From contig CABPCG010000005.1 in NCBI GenBank assembly GCA_902405995.1, positions 7,116 to 71,115 on the forward strand: a stretch of 64,000 nucleotides of DNA, given 5' to 3'. The DNA comes from an uncultured Collinsella sp. (GTDB lineage: Bacteria; Actinomycetota; Coriobacteriia; Coriobacteriales; Coriobacteriaceae). Shown here piece by piece: positions 1 through 9,907 of the stretch. Each line of letters opens with the position of its first letter. The stretch's first letter is position 1. The notes below the pieces were generated by a model that searched no databases, had not been told where the DNA came from, and saw nothing but the letters and a program-made list of their open reading frames with translations. The translations under genes were made by a program, and so were the position numbers.

Positions 1-1
1 T

Positions 2-1549
2 GGCGGCGTGATAGAAGAAGAGAGCGCATTGACGCTGCAGTCTCCCAAGGGCTTTTGGGATCGCTTTCGCATTGCGGTCAAGACGAGTCACGAGGTGTTT
101 GCCATCCATCCCGATTCGCATACGGTCGAGGTTCGCAATATGCTGACGGGCGAGGAATTTGTCGAGACGTATGACAAGCTCATCCTGTCGCCGGGTGCAA
201 AGCCGATTCGCCCTGCGTTGCCGGGCATCGACTCGGATAAAATCTTTAGCCTACGCACCGTTGAGGACACGCTGCGTATTCACAGCTATGTTCGAGAGCG
301 GCGACCGAGCAGTGCCGTCGTGATCGGCGGCGGCTTCATTGGCGTCGAGACGGCGGAGAATCTGTGCGAGCTGGGGCTCCAGGTGACCCTTCTGCAGCGT
401 CCCGTCCAGCTTATGAACAACCTGGATTACGACATGGCGACCCTTTTGCATACCGAGGTGCGTGAGCACGGTATCGATCTGCGCCTCAAGGCCGATGTGA
501 CAGGTTTTGAGGAAGTTGATGGCCGCGTTGTCACCCATGTTGCGGGCGATGACCCTATCGGAGCCGATATGGTGCTGCTTGCCATTGGCGTGGCACCTGA
601 GAGCCATCTGGCGCAAGAGGCGGGGCTCGAACTGGGCATCAAGGGGGCTATTGTGGTCAACGACCGCATGGAGACCTCTGCTGCCGACGTGTATGCCGTG
701 GGCGATGCCGTGCAGGTCACGCATCAGGTGACCGGCGAGGACGCGGTCATTTCGCTCGCCGGCCCCGCCAACAAGCAGGGGCGTGTCGTCGCCGATGTCA
801 TAGCCGGCATGGACAGCTGCTACCTCGGATCGTTGGGCTCATCGGTTATCAAGGTATTCGACTTGACGGCGGCAAGCACGGGACTATCCGAAAAGGCGGC
901 ACACGCGGCGGGAGTTGACTGCGACAGCGTGGTCCTGTCGCCCGGTTCGCATGCGGGTTATTATCCGGGTGCAACGCCCATGACCATGAAGGTTGTCTTC
1001 GAGAAGCAGGGATTGCGCCTGCTGGGTGCGCAAATCGTGGGCATCGATGGTGTGGACAAGCGTATCGACGTTCTGGCGACTGCCATCCAGGCAGGCATGC
1101 GCGGCGATAGGCTTAAGGATTTGGACCTAGCATACGCGCCGCCGTATTCATCGGCGAAGGATCCCGTCAATATGGCGGGCTTTAGGATCGAGAACCTCAA
1201 TCGCGGCATACTGGCGCAGTGGCATTGGGAGGATGAGCCCAACTTGCCACGCGATGGCAGCGTGCAGCTGCTCGATGTTCGTACGGAAGGGGAGTATGAG
1301 CGCGGGCATATCGATGGTTTCGTAAACATTCCCGTCGATGATTTGCGCAATCGCCTGGGCGAGCTCGACCGGGCCAAGCCGGTTTACGTGATTTGCCAGA
1401 GCGGCATTCGCAGCTACATTGCTTGCCGCATTTTGGCGCAGCATGGCTTTGAGTGCTTTAACTTCTCGGGCGGCTATCGCTTCTTTGCAGCCGTGACTGA
1501 GGCTCGCCGCGGCAGCGCTAACGTTATGCCGTGCGGGCTCGAAAAGTAG
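2..1549 (+). CDS. Pyridine nucleotide-disulfide oxidoreductase (CoA-disulfide reductase / NADH oxidase-like) with C-terminal rhodanese domain; 5-prime end truncated by window edge
   Basis: Rossmann motif VVIGGGFIGVETAENL, AVGDAV FAD motif, dimerisation region, C-terminal rhodanese active-site loop VICQSGIRS; ORF runs to window start. Confidence 0.7.
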   Translation, partial: GGVIEEESALTLQSPKGFWDRFRIAVKTSHEVFAIHPDSHTVEVRNMLTGEEFVETYDKLILSPGAKPIRPALPGIDSDKIFSLRTVEDTLRIHSYVRERRPSSAVVIGGGFIGVETAENLCELGLQVTLLQRPVQLMNNLDYDMATLLHTEVREHGIDLRLKADVTGFEEVDGRVVTHVAGDDPIGADMVLLAIGVAPESHLAQEAGLELGIKGAIVVNDRMETSAADVYAVGDAVQVTHQVTGEDAVISLAGPANKQGRVVADVIAGMDSCYLGSLGSSVIKVFDLTAASTGLSEKAAHAAGVDCDSVVLSPGSHAGYYPGATPMTMKVVFEKQGLRLLGAQIVGIDGVDKRIDVLATAIQAGMRGDRLKDLDLAYAPPYSSAKDPVNMAGFRIENLNRGILAQWHWEDEPNLPRDGSVQLLDVRTEGEYERGHIDGFVNIPVDDLRNRLGELDRAKPVYVICQSGIRSYIACRILAQHGFECFNFSGGYRFFAAVTEARRGSANVMPCGLEK

Positions 1550-1560
1550 CGCGCATTGGA

Positions 1561-1591
1561 ATGTGACAAAGTGACAGCCTCTTTGTCGCAT
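1561..1591. repeat. Degenerate copy of palindromic extragenic element family 1 (atgtgacaaagtgacagcctctttgtcgcat)
   Basis: Matches TGTGACAAAG..CTTTGTC.CAT arms of the repeated palindrome; lies immediately after the oxidoreductase stop. Confidence 0.5.
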
Positions 1592-1762
1592 CGGGGATGT
1601 TATATGCGGGATGGTGCGCCATGCGGCGTGCTGTCCCGTTCGTTTTTTGGCGCGGTTCGTTACATTCTTCACTGGTATCGGCCAAAAATGAGGATAGAGT
1701 AGGACAAACGCGCCGAACGTGAACGGCGGGGGGAGCGGGCGAGCGCGCCCGCGCGAGAGAGG

Positions 1763-4700
1763 TTGCCGTCCATGCTGGATCTCAGAGTTATTTGCAAAAG
1801 GTACGTTACGCAGTCGTTTACGCAGGTAGCGCTCGACAGCGTAAGCCTGTCTTTTCGCGATAACGAGTTCGTAGCCATTCTGGGTCCCTCGGGTTCGGGT
1901 AAAACTACGATGCTCAACGTCATCGGTGGACTCGATCATTTCGATTCGGGCGATCTGCTGATCGACGGCATCTCGACCAAGGACTTCAACGACCGCGATT
2001 GGGATGCCTATCGCAATAATCGCATCGGCTTTGTGTTCCAGAGCTATAACCTCATTCCGCATCAGAGCATTTTGGAAAACGTGGAGTTGGCGCTTACGCT
2101 CACGGGCGTGGGGCATGCCGAGCGCCGCCAACGTGCGCGCAAGGCGCTCGAGGCAGTCGGTCTGGGCGAGCACGTTGACAAGCGCCCGAGCCAGCTTTCG
2201 GGCGGGCAGATGCAGCGCGTGGCCATTGCCCGCGCTCTGATCAATGACCCCGAGATTGTGCTGGCTGACGAGCCGACCGGCGCCTTGGACTCAACGACGT
2301 CCGTCCAGGTCATGGATTTGCTCAAGGACGTTGCGCGCGACCGTCTGGTCATCATGGTCACGCACAATCCTGAGCTGGCGTACAAGTACGCCACGCGCAT
2401 TGTCAACCTGGCGGACGGCAAGGTCACCGACGATTCAGATCCCTTTGATGCTGCCGAGGCCGCGCGTCGCGAGGCCAAGCCCACGCGCAAAACCTCGATG
2501 AGCTTTGTGACGGCGCTGGGGCTTTCTGCCCGAAACCTCATGACCAAGAAGGGCCGCACGGTCATGACGGCCTTTGCGGGTTCGATTGGCATTATCGGCA
2601 TTGCGGCAATCCTGGCGCTCTCCAACGGCGTAAACGACTACATCAAAAAGGTCGAGGAGGACACGCTCTCGAGCTACCCGCTCACGATTTCCAAACAAGA
2701 CTACGACCTGTCGTCCATGATGGGCGGCCATGGGGCTACCGATGAGGAGGCGTCCAAGGGCGAGGGCTCGTCCGATGACGCTACCGGTGGCAAAGCTAAG
2801 GGAACCGACAAGATCCCTGTGGTCACAGCCGTAAAGGACATGTTCGCAAGTGTTAAATCTAACGATATGACAAGCTTTAAGGCATGGCTTGACGACGGCG
2901 GCGACGGTATCGACAAAGAGGTCAACGCTATCCAGTACGGCTACGGCGTGACGCCGGTTGTCTATCGTGCGGGCAAGGGCGATGAGAAGCCTGTCCGGCT
3001 GGTGCCCAACGCTATGACCGAGGCCATGAGCGGCGGCGCAAGTTCGGCGGCAACGGTGAGCATGGATTCCATGGGAACCTCGGTCTTTAACGAGATGATT
3101 GACGACCAGAGTCTGCTCGACAGCCAGTACGATGTCGTTGCCGGCCATTGGCCTACGTCTGCCAACGAGGCCGTGATGGTGCTTTCGAGCCGCGGAACAG
3201 TGGGCGACTACACGCTCTACAGTATCGGCGCGCTGGATATCGATGAGCTTAACGACCTGGTTAACAGTGCCATGACGGCCGACGGCAAGGTCAAGACGCC
3301 CAAGACCGGCAGCGACTTTACCTACGACGATGCACTGTCCACGACGTTTAAGGTGTTGTCGCCGGCCGATGCCTATCGCAAAAACGAAGAGACCGGCATG
3401 TGGACTGACATGTCTGGCGACGCCGACTTTATGAAAACCAAGGTTGCCGACGGTATTGACGTGCGCATTGTGGGCGTGGTGCGACCCAACGAGACGGCAA
3501 ACGCGAGCGCATTGTCCCCGGGCATTGTCTATACGCATGCGCTGACTCGCCAGCTTATGGAGCGTGCTGCCGATTCGCAGATTGTGCAGGAGCAGCTTGC
3601 CCACCCCGAGACGGATGTCTTTACGGGCAAAACCTTCGACGAGCTGCAGGGCGAAGCCAAGCAGGGCGTGGATTTGGGCAGTATGTTCAGCGTAGACGAG
3701 GCGGCACTGAAGAGCGCGTTCTCTCTCGATGCATCTGCGCTCTCGGGCGCAGCCGGCGGTATGGACCTTTCTGGTCTCGACTTGTCCGGGCTGGACATTG
3801 ACCTTTCGGGTGTTGGGAGGGACATCGACTTTAGTGACATCATGGCCAAAGCGCCGGCCCCAGATTTCTCGGGCATCTTTGACGGTCTGGAACTCACACC
3901 CGAGCAAATGCAGCAGGTGGGAGCACTTGCCAACCAGCTGTTTGAGGGCTTTATGCGCTCTGATCAGTTTAAGGCGCTGTCATCCGAAGACCTTAAAGAC
4001 GCGTCAAAGCTCGCTGCCGCATTCTCGGCATATCTTGAGAATGATGCCGCAGCCCAGCAAATTTTGGCACAGCTCAAAGCGCTCGGCGGCGATGCCCTGG
4101 CCGAGCGTCTGCAGCAGGTGATGGGCGACTATGTGCAAAAGCAGCTGGCTCCGTATTTGCAGCAGTCTATGGATCAGGTGATGAAGGCGGTCAGCGAGCA
4201 GATTGCGACGACGGTATCAACCCAGCTCAAGGCGGGTGCGGCAGGGCTCATGGACCAAATGGCGACGCAGATGTCTTCGAGTTTTGCCAACCTGGCGAGC
4301 GCCATGCGCGTGGATGCGGGCGCCTTTGCTCGTGCCATCCACTTCAACATGGACGCCGAGGACCTGAGCTCGCTCATGATGAGCTATGCCAAGGCGTCGA
4401 AGCTCACCTACGACAACAATCTGACCACGTTGGGCTATGCGGACGAGGCGGACCCCATTTCGGTCAAGATTTTCCCGCGCGACTTTGAGGCCAAGGAGCG
4501 CGTGCTCGATCACATCGACGCGTACAACAAGCAGGTCAAAGCCGCTGGCCACGATGAGCAGGCAATCTCGTACACCGACTACATGGGCATCATCATGGGT
4601 TCGGTGACCGACATCGTGAACACCATCAGCTTGGTGCTCATCGCATTCGTGAGCATCAGCCTGGTCGTGAGCTCCATCATGATCGGCATCATCACCTACA

Positions 4701-5026
4701 TCAGCGTACTGGAGCGCAAAAAGGAGATTGGCATCCTACGCGCGATCGGCGCGTCGAAGCGTAACGTGGCCAACGTATTCAATGCCGAGACCTTTATCGA
4801 AGGTCTCATTGCCGGCGTCTTTGCTATTGTCGTCGTGGTGGCCGTGAGCTTTCCGGTTAATGCCTGGGCGCTTGCGGCCAAACAGGTACCCAATCTGATG
4901 AGCCTGCCCGTGCAGGATGCGCTGATGCTCATTGCAATTTCTGTGTTGCTGACGGTTGTTGCCGGCCTGCTGCCGGCTCGCAGCGCATCCAAGAAAGACC
5001 CTGTGGAAGCCCTGCGTTCCGAATAA
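1763..5026 (+). CDS. Fused ABC transporter ATP-binding protein / FtsX-family permease (MacB-like) with large extracytoplasmic domain
   Basis: Walker A GPSGSGKTT, ABC signature LSGGQMQRVAIARAL, Walker B IVLADEPTGALD; single TM after ATPase, approx 600-aa extracytoplasmic region with DLSGLD low-complexity repeat, C-terminal FtsX-like TM bundle. Confidence 0.8.
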   Translation: MPSMLDLRVICKRYVTQSFTQVALDSVSLSFRDNEFVAILGPSGSGKTTMLNVIGGLDHFDSGDLLIDGISTKDFNDRDWDAYRNNRIGFVFQSYNLIPHQSILENVELALTLTGVGHAERRQRARKALEAVGLGEHVDKRPSQLSGGQMQRVAIARALINDPEIVLADEPTGALDSTTSVQVMDLLKDVARDRLVIMVTHNPELAYKYATRIVNLADGKVTDDSDPFDAAEAARREAKPTRKTSMSFVTALGLSARNLMTKKGRTVMTAFAGSIGIIGIAAILALSNGVNDYIKKVEEDTLSSYPLTISKQDYDLSSMMGGHGATDEEASKGEGSSDDATGGKAKGTDKIPVVTAVKDMFASVKSNDMTSFKAWLDDGGDGIDKEVNAIQYGYGVTPVVYRAGKGDEKPVRLVPNAMTEAMSGGASSAATVSMDSMGTSVFNEMIDDQSLLDSQYDVVAGHWPTSANEAVMVLSSRGTVGDYTLYSIGALDIDELNDLVNSAMTADGKVKTPKTGSDFTYDDALSTTFKVLSPADAYRKNEETGMWTDMSGDADFMKTKVADGIDVRIVGVVRPNETANASALSPGIVYTHALTRQLMERAADSQIVQEQLAHPETDVFTGKTFDELQGEAKQGVDLGSMFSVDEAALKSAFSLDASALSGAAGGMDLSGLDLSGLDIDLSGVGRDIDFSDIMAKAPAPDFSGIFDGLELTPEQMQQVGALANQLFEGFMRSDQFKALSSEDLKDASKLAAAFSAYLENDAAAQQILAQLKALGGDALAERLQQVMGDYVQKQLAPYLQQSMDQVMKAVSEQIATTVSTQLKAGAAGLMDQMATQMSSSFANLASAMRVDAGAFARAIHFNMDAEDLSSLMMSYAKASKLTYDNNLTTLGYADEADPISVKIFPRDFEAKERVLDHIDAYNKQVKAAGHDEQAISYTDYMGIIMGSVTDIVNTISLVLIAFVSISLVVSSIMIGIITYISVLERKKEIGILRAIGASKRNVANVFNAETFIEGLIAGVFAIVVVVAVSFPVNAWALAAKQVPNLMSLPVQDALMLIAISVLLTVVAGLLPARSASKKDPVEALRSE

Positions 5027-5057
5027 TGTGACAAAGGGGCAGTCCCTTTGTCACATT
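5025..5057. repeat. Palindromic extragenic element family 1 copy (aatgtgacaaaggggcagtccctttgtcacatt)
   Basis: Near-perfect 31-nt palindrome overlapping ABC gene stop codon TAA; same sequence recurs at 8 or more other sites. Confidence 0.85.
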
Positions 5058-5136
5058 GGGGGCCCAATTACCGTTCGGCACGTTAAGGGTCCCCGCTCCC
5101 CGCTTAACACTTGACGAAGAATCTCCATCTTTATAT

Positions 5137-5152
5137 ACCTATCGGTAGGCAT
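5137..5152. promoter_or_regulatory. Putative TetR-type operator motif (acctatcggtaggcat) overlapping -10-like tttatata upstream of MFS transporter
   Basis: Shares CGGTAGG(C/T)AT with two motifs in the TetR/deiminase divergent region (7332-7344, 7374-7391); preceded by ttgacg -35-like hexamer at 5111. Confidence 0.35.
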
Positions 5153-5185
5153 ATAGGTTGCATTGCCGATAGAAACGGAGTAACC

Positions 5186-6466
5186 ATGACTCTCATCGCA
5201 CCAGCCGAAAAGGACCGCCCCCGTGAGAGCGGCGCATTTGCTTGGATTGTCGTTATTGCGCTCGGTTTAATGTCTGCGGGAACAACCGGCACCTACAGCA
5301 TCATTGCCGGCTCATTCATCGCTCCTGTATGTGAAGACCTGGGCTTTGACTACACTTCTTTCTCTTTCTATTTCACCGCGATTCTTCTTGGCCTTGCGCT
5401 TGGGCTTCCGCTTTTGAGTCGTTTCATTCCAAAAGTAATCGGCAAACCATGGCATATTTGCGTTGAACTCGTCCTTATTGCCGCCGGCGCCGCAATGGCG
5501 TTCTACACCGAGGTCTGGATGTTCATCGTCTCCGCCGCAGTGATCGGCATCTGCTTTTCGTTCACAACGGGTGTCTGCATGTCCGATGTCATTGACCAAT
5601 GGTTCAGTAAATCGTCTGGTCTTGCCATCGGCCTTGCGTGGGGCGTTAATTCTCTCTGCACGCTGCTATTGAGTCCTGTCATTACACTGGTCATCGAGCA
5701 GCAAGGCTGGCGTACGGGTTACATCGTACTTGCGGCCGTTTCTGCAGCCATGATATTGCCCACAAGCGCATTTATCATTCGCCTTAAGCCTTCTGATCGC
5801 AATATGCTTCCGTACGGAGAGACTACCTCCGAAACCCATGAGAGCTACAGCGCCGATGAAAAGGAAGATGTCTCTTCGGGCATGGCGCTCCGCGATGCCG
5901 CGAAAACGCCATCTTTTATTCTCTGTGCCCTTCTGCTCTGCGTGGCGCAACTCACCTGCTGCATGAACCAGCTGTTCCCGACCTATGCAAGCGAGGTCGG
6001 CTTCAATCCCATCGTGGGAAGCCTAATGGTTTCGGCGGCCTCGCTCTCCGATATTTTCCTAAATCCCTTCGTAGGCAAAACATGCGACAAGCTCGGTGCT
6101 ATTAAAGCAACGGTCGCATGGACGGGAGTCAGCATTCTTTCATTCCTACTTCTCATCTTTGGCGGAAGCAACGAGACCGTTTCCATCATCGCGGCCGGCG
6201 TAAACGACGTCATGTTCGCCATCGTTGGAACTGCAATGCCGATGATTCTCCTCTCGCTCTTCGGATCACGCGATTTTGGAAGGATCTATTCGATTATTTG
6301 CTCAGCGGGCTATGTTGTCGGAGCTTTCGGAATGCCAGTCATGATGAAGGTTTACGGTATGGCAGGGTCTTTCCAAGGAGTATTCGTCTTCTGTATCATC
6401 TGCAACCTTCTGATTGCGACATTTGCTTTAGTTTCCGGTATCCTCAATAAGACTACCGTGAAATAA
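5186..6466 (+). CDS. MFS-family transporter (paralog of 9908..11173)
   Basis: 12-TM hydrophobic profile, approx 50 percent identity by eye to second MFS ORF (shared AGTTGSYSIIAGSFIAPVCE, CCMNQLFPTYA, FGSRDFGRI motifs); ATG with GGAG RBS at 5174. Confidence 0.7.
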   Translation: MTLIAPAEKDRPRESGAFAWIVVIALGLMSAGTTGTYSIIAGSFIAPVCEDLGFDYTSFSFYFTAILLGLALGLPLLSRFIPKVIGKPWHICVELVLIAAGAAMAFYTEVWMFIVSAAVIGICFSFTTGVCMSDVIDQWFSKSSGLAIGLAWGVNSLCTLLLSPVITLVIEQQGWRTGYIVLAAVSAAMILPTSAFIIRLKPSDRNMLPYGETTSETHESYSADEKEDVSSGMALRDAAKTPSFILCALLLCVAQLTCCMNQLFPTYASEVGFNPIVGSLMVSAASLSDIFLNPFVGKTCDKLGAIKATVAWTGVSILSFLLLIFGGSNETVSIIAAGVNDVMFAIVGTAMPMILLSLFGSRDFGRIYSIICSAGYVVGAFGMPVMMKVYGMAGSFQGVFVFCIICNLLIATFALVSGILNKTTVK

Positions 6467-6520
6467 CCTGACCAACGAACTGCCCTTCAGCCCTGTCATT
6501 TGTCTCCGCAAGTTAAAACG

Positions 6521-6563
6521 AAATTGGGGCCGATTCCAACATAGCTGGAATCGGCCCCAATTT
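6521..6563. terminator. Bidirectional intrinsic terminator hairpin (17-bp perfect stem aattggggccgattcca / tggaatcggccccaatt)
   Basis: Perfect inverted repeat between convergent MFS (+) and TetR (-) genes, followed by T-rich tract. Confidence 0.6.
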
Positions 6564-6668
6564 CTATTCAACAACTTTTGCAATCATCGCGAACACGGGT
6601 TTCGAACCATTCCGCGACCCCGCAAGTCGTCGCATCGCGCTTGCCAAGGTGCCTCTGTTATTACGCGC

Positions 6669-7232
6669 CTATTTAAACATGAGTTCGACGATCCCTGCCC
6701 AAACAGCCTTTTCATCGATGTCTTCATCTTGGGCAACGGTATTGCTCGCTCCCTCAAGTACGGTGTAAAGAATCTGCACGTACAGCATGACGTCTGTTTC
6801 ATCGGAAAACGCGCCAATTTCTAGGCCATGGAGAAGGATGTCTTTAAGCGCGTCCATAGTTCGGTTGATCGCCGTTGCCTGACGTTCCTGAACTGCAGGG
6901 ATTCGATTTGCCTGAATACTGACCTCGGCCAGCACGCGACGGCGCTTTTCATCACTACGATAGCCACCTATAACCGAATTGCCGAGCTCGATAAGCGCCG
7001 CCTTGAATCCGTCCCTATCGACTATTAGCGAGTAGTCGCGCTGATAGTCGATAGTCGGAAACATACTATCTAAGAGCGTGGTGAAAATATCCTCTTTAGA
7101 GGGAAAGTAGTAGTACACCGATGGCTTGGATATACCGACACGGTCGCAGATTTTTCCAATGGACGCCTTGTCGTAACCGACTTCTGCCACAAGATCATAC
7201 ATTGCGTCCAATATTTTTCCCTTTGTGCTCAC
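6669..7232 (-). CDS. TetR/AcrR family transcriptional regulator
   Basis: N-terminal HTH signature ILDAMYDLVAEVGYDKASIGKICDRVGISKPSVYYYFPSKEDIF typical of TetR_N; divergent from deiminase gene. Confidence 0.85.
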   Translation of the reverse strand: MSTKGKILDAMYDLVAEVGYDKASIGKICDRVGISKPSVYYYFPSKEDIFTTLLDSMFPTIDYQRDYSLIVDRDGFKAALIELGNSVIGGYRSDEKRRRVLAEVSIQANRIPAVQERQATAINRTMDALKDILLHGLEIGAFSDETDVMLYVQILYTVLEGASNTVAQDEDIDEKAVWAGIVELMFK

Positions 7233-7373
7233 GCTTCACTTCTCCATTGCAAATCACTTCCGCATTGCCAACATTATTAAGAATGGCAACGGAACATCAA
7301 TTCGTGTCCAAACACGACCACTATAAACGGTGAACGGTAGGTATCGACAGGCGAATGGCAATTATACAAAAAC

Positions 7374-7391
7374 ACCTACCGAACGGTAGGT
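7374..7391. promoter_or_regulatory. Perfect palindromic operator candidate acctaccg-aa-cggtaggt (plus related direct motif gaacggtaggtat at 7332-7344)
   Basis: 8-bp inverted repeat in the 240-bp divergent region between TetR and deiminase-family gene; motif CGGTAGGTAT also upstream of MFS at 5141. Confidence 0.4.
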
Positions 7392-7471
7392 ATAGTAGTA
7401 CTATAGCTGGTGTAACCCCGCTATTGTCGCGGCCGGACAGCATTGCGGGAAACCCGACGGAAGGACCAACC

Positions 7472-8710
7472 ATGTACGAGAACTATCGTATGCCGGGCGA
7501 GTTTGAGAAGCGCTCCAACGTCTATGTGACATGGCTTCCCGATTACATTCGCGCAGAGGGCTTCGATAATCGCCAGCCCTGCGTTGACGTAATTAAAGCT
7601 TTGCTTGAGTATGGCGACGTTACGGTCAATCTCAACTGTGGCACCCCCGGCTCCTACGAGGAAGCCTGCTCGCGCCTTAAAGAAGAAGGGGTGGATCTCG
7701 ACCGTATCCAGATTACGCAGTTCGAAGACTCCAACTTCTACGTTCGCGACAACGGCCCCAGCATCATGGTCGACGACGAAGGCCATTCCTATATGGTCAA
7801 CCCCGCTTGGACCTATTATGGCGTGTGGGACAAGAACTCCCCAGAGTGCCAGTCCGCACGCAGGGCAGCTGTTCACATGGCGGTTGCGCTCGGGTGCTTC
7901 GATATCGTCAATTCCGAAATGGTTTCGGAGGGCGGCGACCGCGAGTTTGACGGTCACGGCACCCTGATCGCCATCGAGGACACGGAATGCCGCAAGCGCA
8001 ATCCCGAGTTCTCAAAAGAGGAAGTGGAGGCCGAGTACAAGCGCATCTACAACCTCAACAAGGTTATCTGGCTGCCGCAGCCTATGCTTGAGGACGACGA
8101 CTATCGACTGGGCATCCTCGACGAGAAGGAAGATGGAACTCCTGTCTTCGGCATGAGCTTCGCCGCCCACATCGATGAGATGTGCCGCTTTATCACCCCG
8201 AACAAGATTCTTCTTGCCGAGGTATCCGATGAGGAGGCCGCCTCGAGCAAGGCGGGCGCGGAATCGCATCGTCGCATCGACGCCGCCTACGAGATTCTAC
8301 GCGCCGAGACGGACTGGGAGGGCAAGCCCTTCGAAATCGTCCGCATGCCCACTGCCGAGCCGATCGAGGTTGTCATCGCTCCCGGCGACGAGGACTACGA
8401 GCTGTATAAGGGCTTCATCGACGAAATGGGCGGCAAGTTCATGGATGGCACCCCTTGGCCCGAAGGCCCCGTTCACTTTTATGCCGCAGCAAGCTACTGC
8501 AACTTCCTCATCTGCAACGGCGTCGTTCTTGGCCAGCGTTATTACCACGAAGGCATGAGCGAAGTCGTGAAGGAGAAGGACGAGCAGGCCAAGGCGGTTC
8601 TTGAGAGCTGCTTCCCCGATCGCAAGGTCATCATGATCGACTCTCTCGCGCTTAACCTGTCCGGCGGCGGCGTGCACTGCTGGACCAAGGACGTGGCCGC
8701 CAGCTGCTAG
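7472..8710 (+). CDS. Agmatine deiminase / porphyromonas-type peptidyl-arginine deiminase family enzyme (guanidino-group deiminase), approx 412 aa with insertions
   Basis: N-terminal YRMPGEFEK (agmatine deiminase hallmark), FYVRDNGP (WxRD-like), SEGGDREFDGHGT, C-terminal catalytic LSGGGVHCWTKD (GGGxHC); start chosen at ATG 7472 with GGAAGGA RBS because upstream ATG 7355 would place operator palindromes inside CDS. Confidence 0.75.
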   Translation: MYENYRMPGEFEKRSNVYVTWLPDYIRAEGFDNRQPCVDVIKALLEYGDVTVNLNCGTPGSYEEACSRLKEEGVDLDRIQITQFEDSNFYVRDNGPSIMVDDEGHSYMVNPAWTYYGVWDKNSPECQSARRAAVHMAVALGCFDIVNSEMVSEGGDREFDGHGTLIAIEDTECRKRNPEFSKEEVEAEYKRIYNLNKVIWLPQPMLEDDDYRLGILDEKEDGTPVFGMSFAAHIDEMCRFITPNKILLAEVSDEEAASSKAGAESHRRIDAAYEILRAETDWEGKPFEIVRMPTAEPIEVVIAPGDEDYELYKGFIDEMGGKFMDGTPWPEGPVHFYAAASYCNFLICNGVVLGQRYYHEGMSEVVKEKDEQAKAVLESCFPDRKVIMIDSLALNLSGGGVHCWTKDVAASC

Positions 8711-8831
8711 CAAGTTCTTAAACTTGCGCTGCCTGATCCAAGCGCCACATTTACAGTCCCCGAGGGATATCCGTGTTTCCCTCGGGGGCGCATTCGACAC
8801 TTACCCATCAAACAATTGAAAGGAAATAGGC

Positions 8832-9896
8832 ATGAACAACAGCCTTCGCGGTCGCGACTACCTCAACATCCACGATCTTTCCTCTGAGGATTTCCGTTAC
8901 CTCATCGATCTTGCCTGGAACCTCAAGGCCCAGAAAAAGTCCGGTGTCGACCAGCGCTACTTCCCCGGCAAGAACGTTCTCGCCAACTTTGAGTGGGGCT
9001 CGACCCGCACTCGTTGCGCCTTTGAGACCTCTTGCAACGACCTGGGCATGGGCTTCACCTATCTGACCAACTCCCACATGGGCGATTGCGAGACCATCGA
9101 GGATGCCATGCGCGTCTTCAACGGCATGTATGATCTCATTGTCTATCGTGCACAAAAGGACGAGCAGTTCCTCTATGATGTCGCCGACTTGGTCGATATT
9201 CCAGTCATCAATGCCCTCACCCTCGGCGATCACCCGACCCAGATGCTCGCTGACGCTCTCACGATGGAGGAGCAGTGGGGTGGTCTGCGCACGAGCCGTG
9301 GCAAAAAGATGGCCTTCGTTGGCAACTGCGCCGGCGCCCCCGTGTGGTATGGCCGTCTGTGCGCGATGCTCGACATGGACTTCCTCGCCATCGGCCCCGA
9401 CGACCTCCGTCACCAGATGTGCAAGGAAATGATCGAGGAGGTTGAGGCCTGCTACGCCAAGTACGCGCCTAACAGGACCTTCACCATCACCTCTGACCTT
9501 GATGCTCTGGACGGTGTCGACGTAATCGTTACCGAGGAGTGGCGCTACATCAACCCCGAGTGCGGCGACGAGGTTCTGGACCCTGACGACTACAACTCTT
9601 GGCTTGGCGACGCCGAGTCCCTGTACCCCTATCGCGTCACCAGTGAGCTGTGCAAGCGCACCAACAACCCCGACATCTTCTGCATGCACGAGCTCCCCTC
9701 TGTTCACAACGCAAATCACCGCGTTGGCAAGATGTTGCTCGACCAGTGCAAGAACGACCTGCATCGTGAAATCATCACCGAGGGCTTTGAGATTGCGGAC
9801 GAGTGCTTTGAGGCCAACGCGTCGGTCATCTTCCGTGAGGCAGAGAACCGTCAGCACACCATCAAGGCCGTTATGTGCGCCCTTCTGGGTCTCTAG
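8832..9896 (+). CDS. Ornithine/putrescine carbamoyltransferase-family enzyme with variant substrate-binding motifs (HELP instead of HCLP; no SMG loop)
   Basis: STRTRCAFE carbamoyl-phosphate motif, HPTQMLADALTMEE, C-terminal AENRQHTIKAVM all conserved relative to OTCases; substrate loops read TEEWRYINPE and FCMHELP. Confidence 0.75.
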   Translation: MNNSLRGRDYLNIHDLSSEDFRYLIDLAWNLKAQKKSGVDQRYFPGKNVLANFEWGSTRTRCAFETSCNDLGMGFTYLTNSHMGDCETIEDAMRVFNGMYDLIVYRAQKDEQFLYDVADLVDIPVINALTLGDHPTQMLADALTMEEQWGGLRTSRGKKMAFVGNCAGAPVWYGRLCAMLDMDFLAIGPDDLRHQMCKEMIEEVEACYAKYAPNRTFTITSDLDALDGVDVIVTEEWRYINPECGDEVLDPDDYNSWLGDAESLYPYRVTSELCKRTNNPDIFCMHELPSVHNANHRVGKMLLDQCKNDLHREIITEGFEIADECFEANASVIFREAENRQHTIKAVMCALLGL

Positions 9897-9907
9897 GAGC
9901 TGTATCA

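Noticed and set aside
2435-3907. 490-aa antisense ORF inside the ABC transporter gene; similar long antisense ORFs at 1148-2173, 8808-9947, 16673-18109, 26415-28004, 28185-29681, 40828-42318, 47394-48773 and 22843-23598
   Set aside because: All overlap strong sense-strand genes with clear motifs. Their translations lack motifs and have biased R/A/G/H composition. They are a high-GC artifact.
5027-5055. CRP/FNR-like TGTGA...TCACA half-sites in the family-1 palindrome
   Set aside because: Half-site spacing is 19 nt rather than 6. The copies are located at gene ends rather than promoters, so a CRP-site interpretation is unsupported.
7355-7471. Upstream ATG (7355) as deiminase start giving a 451-aa protein
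   Set aside because: It would place the operator palindromes and promoter inside the CDS. The homologous AguA N-terminus (YRMPGEFEK) begins right after the ATG at 7472, which has a good RBS.
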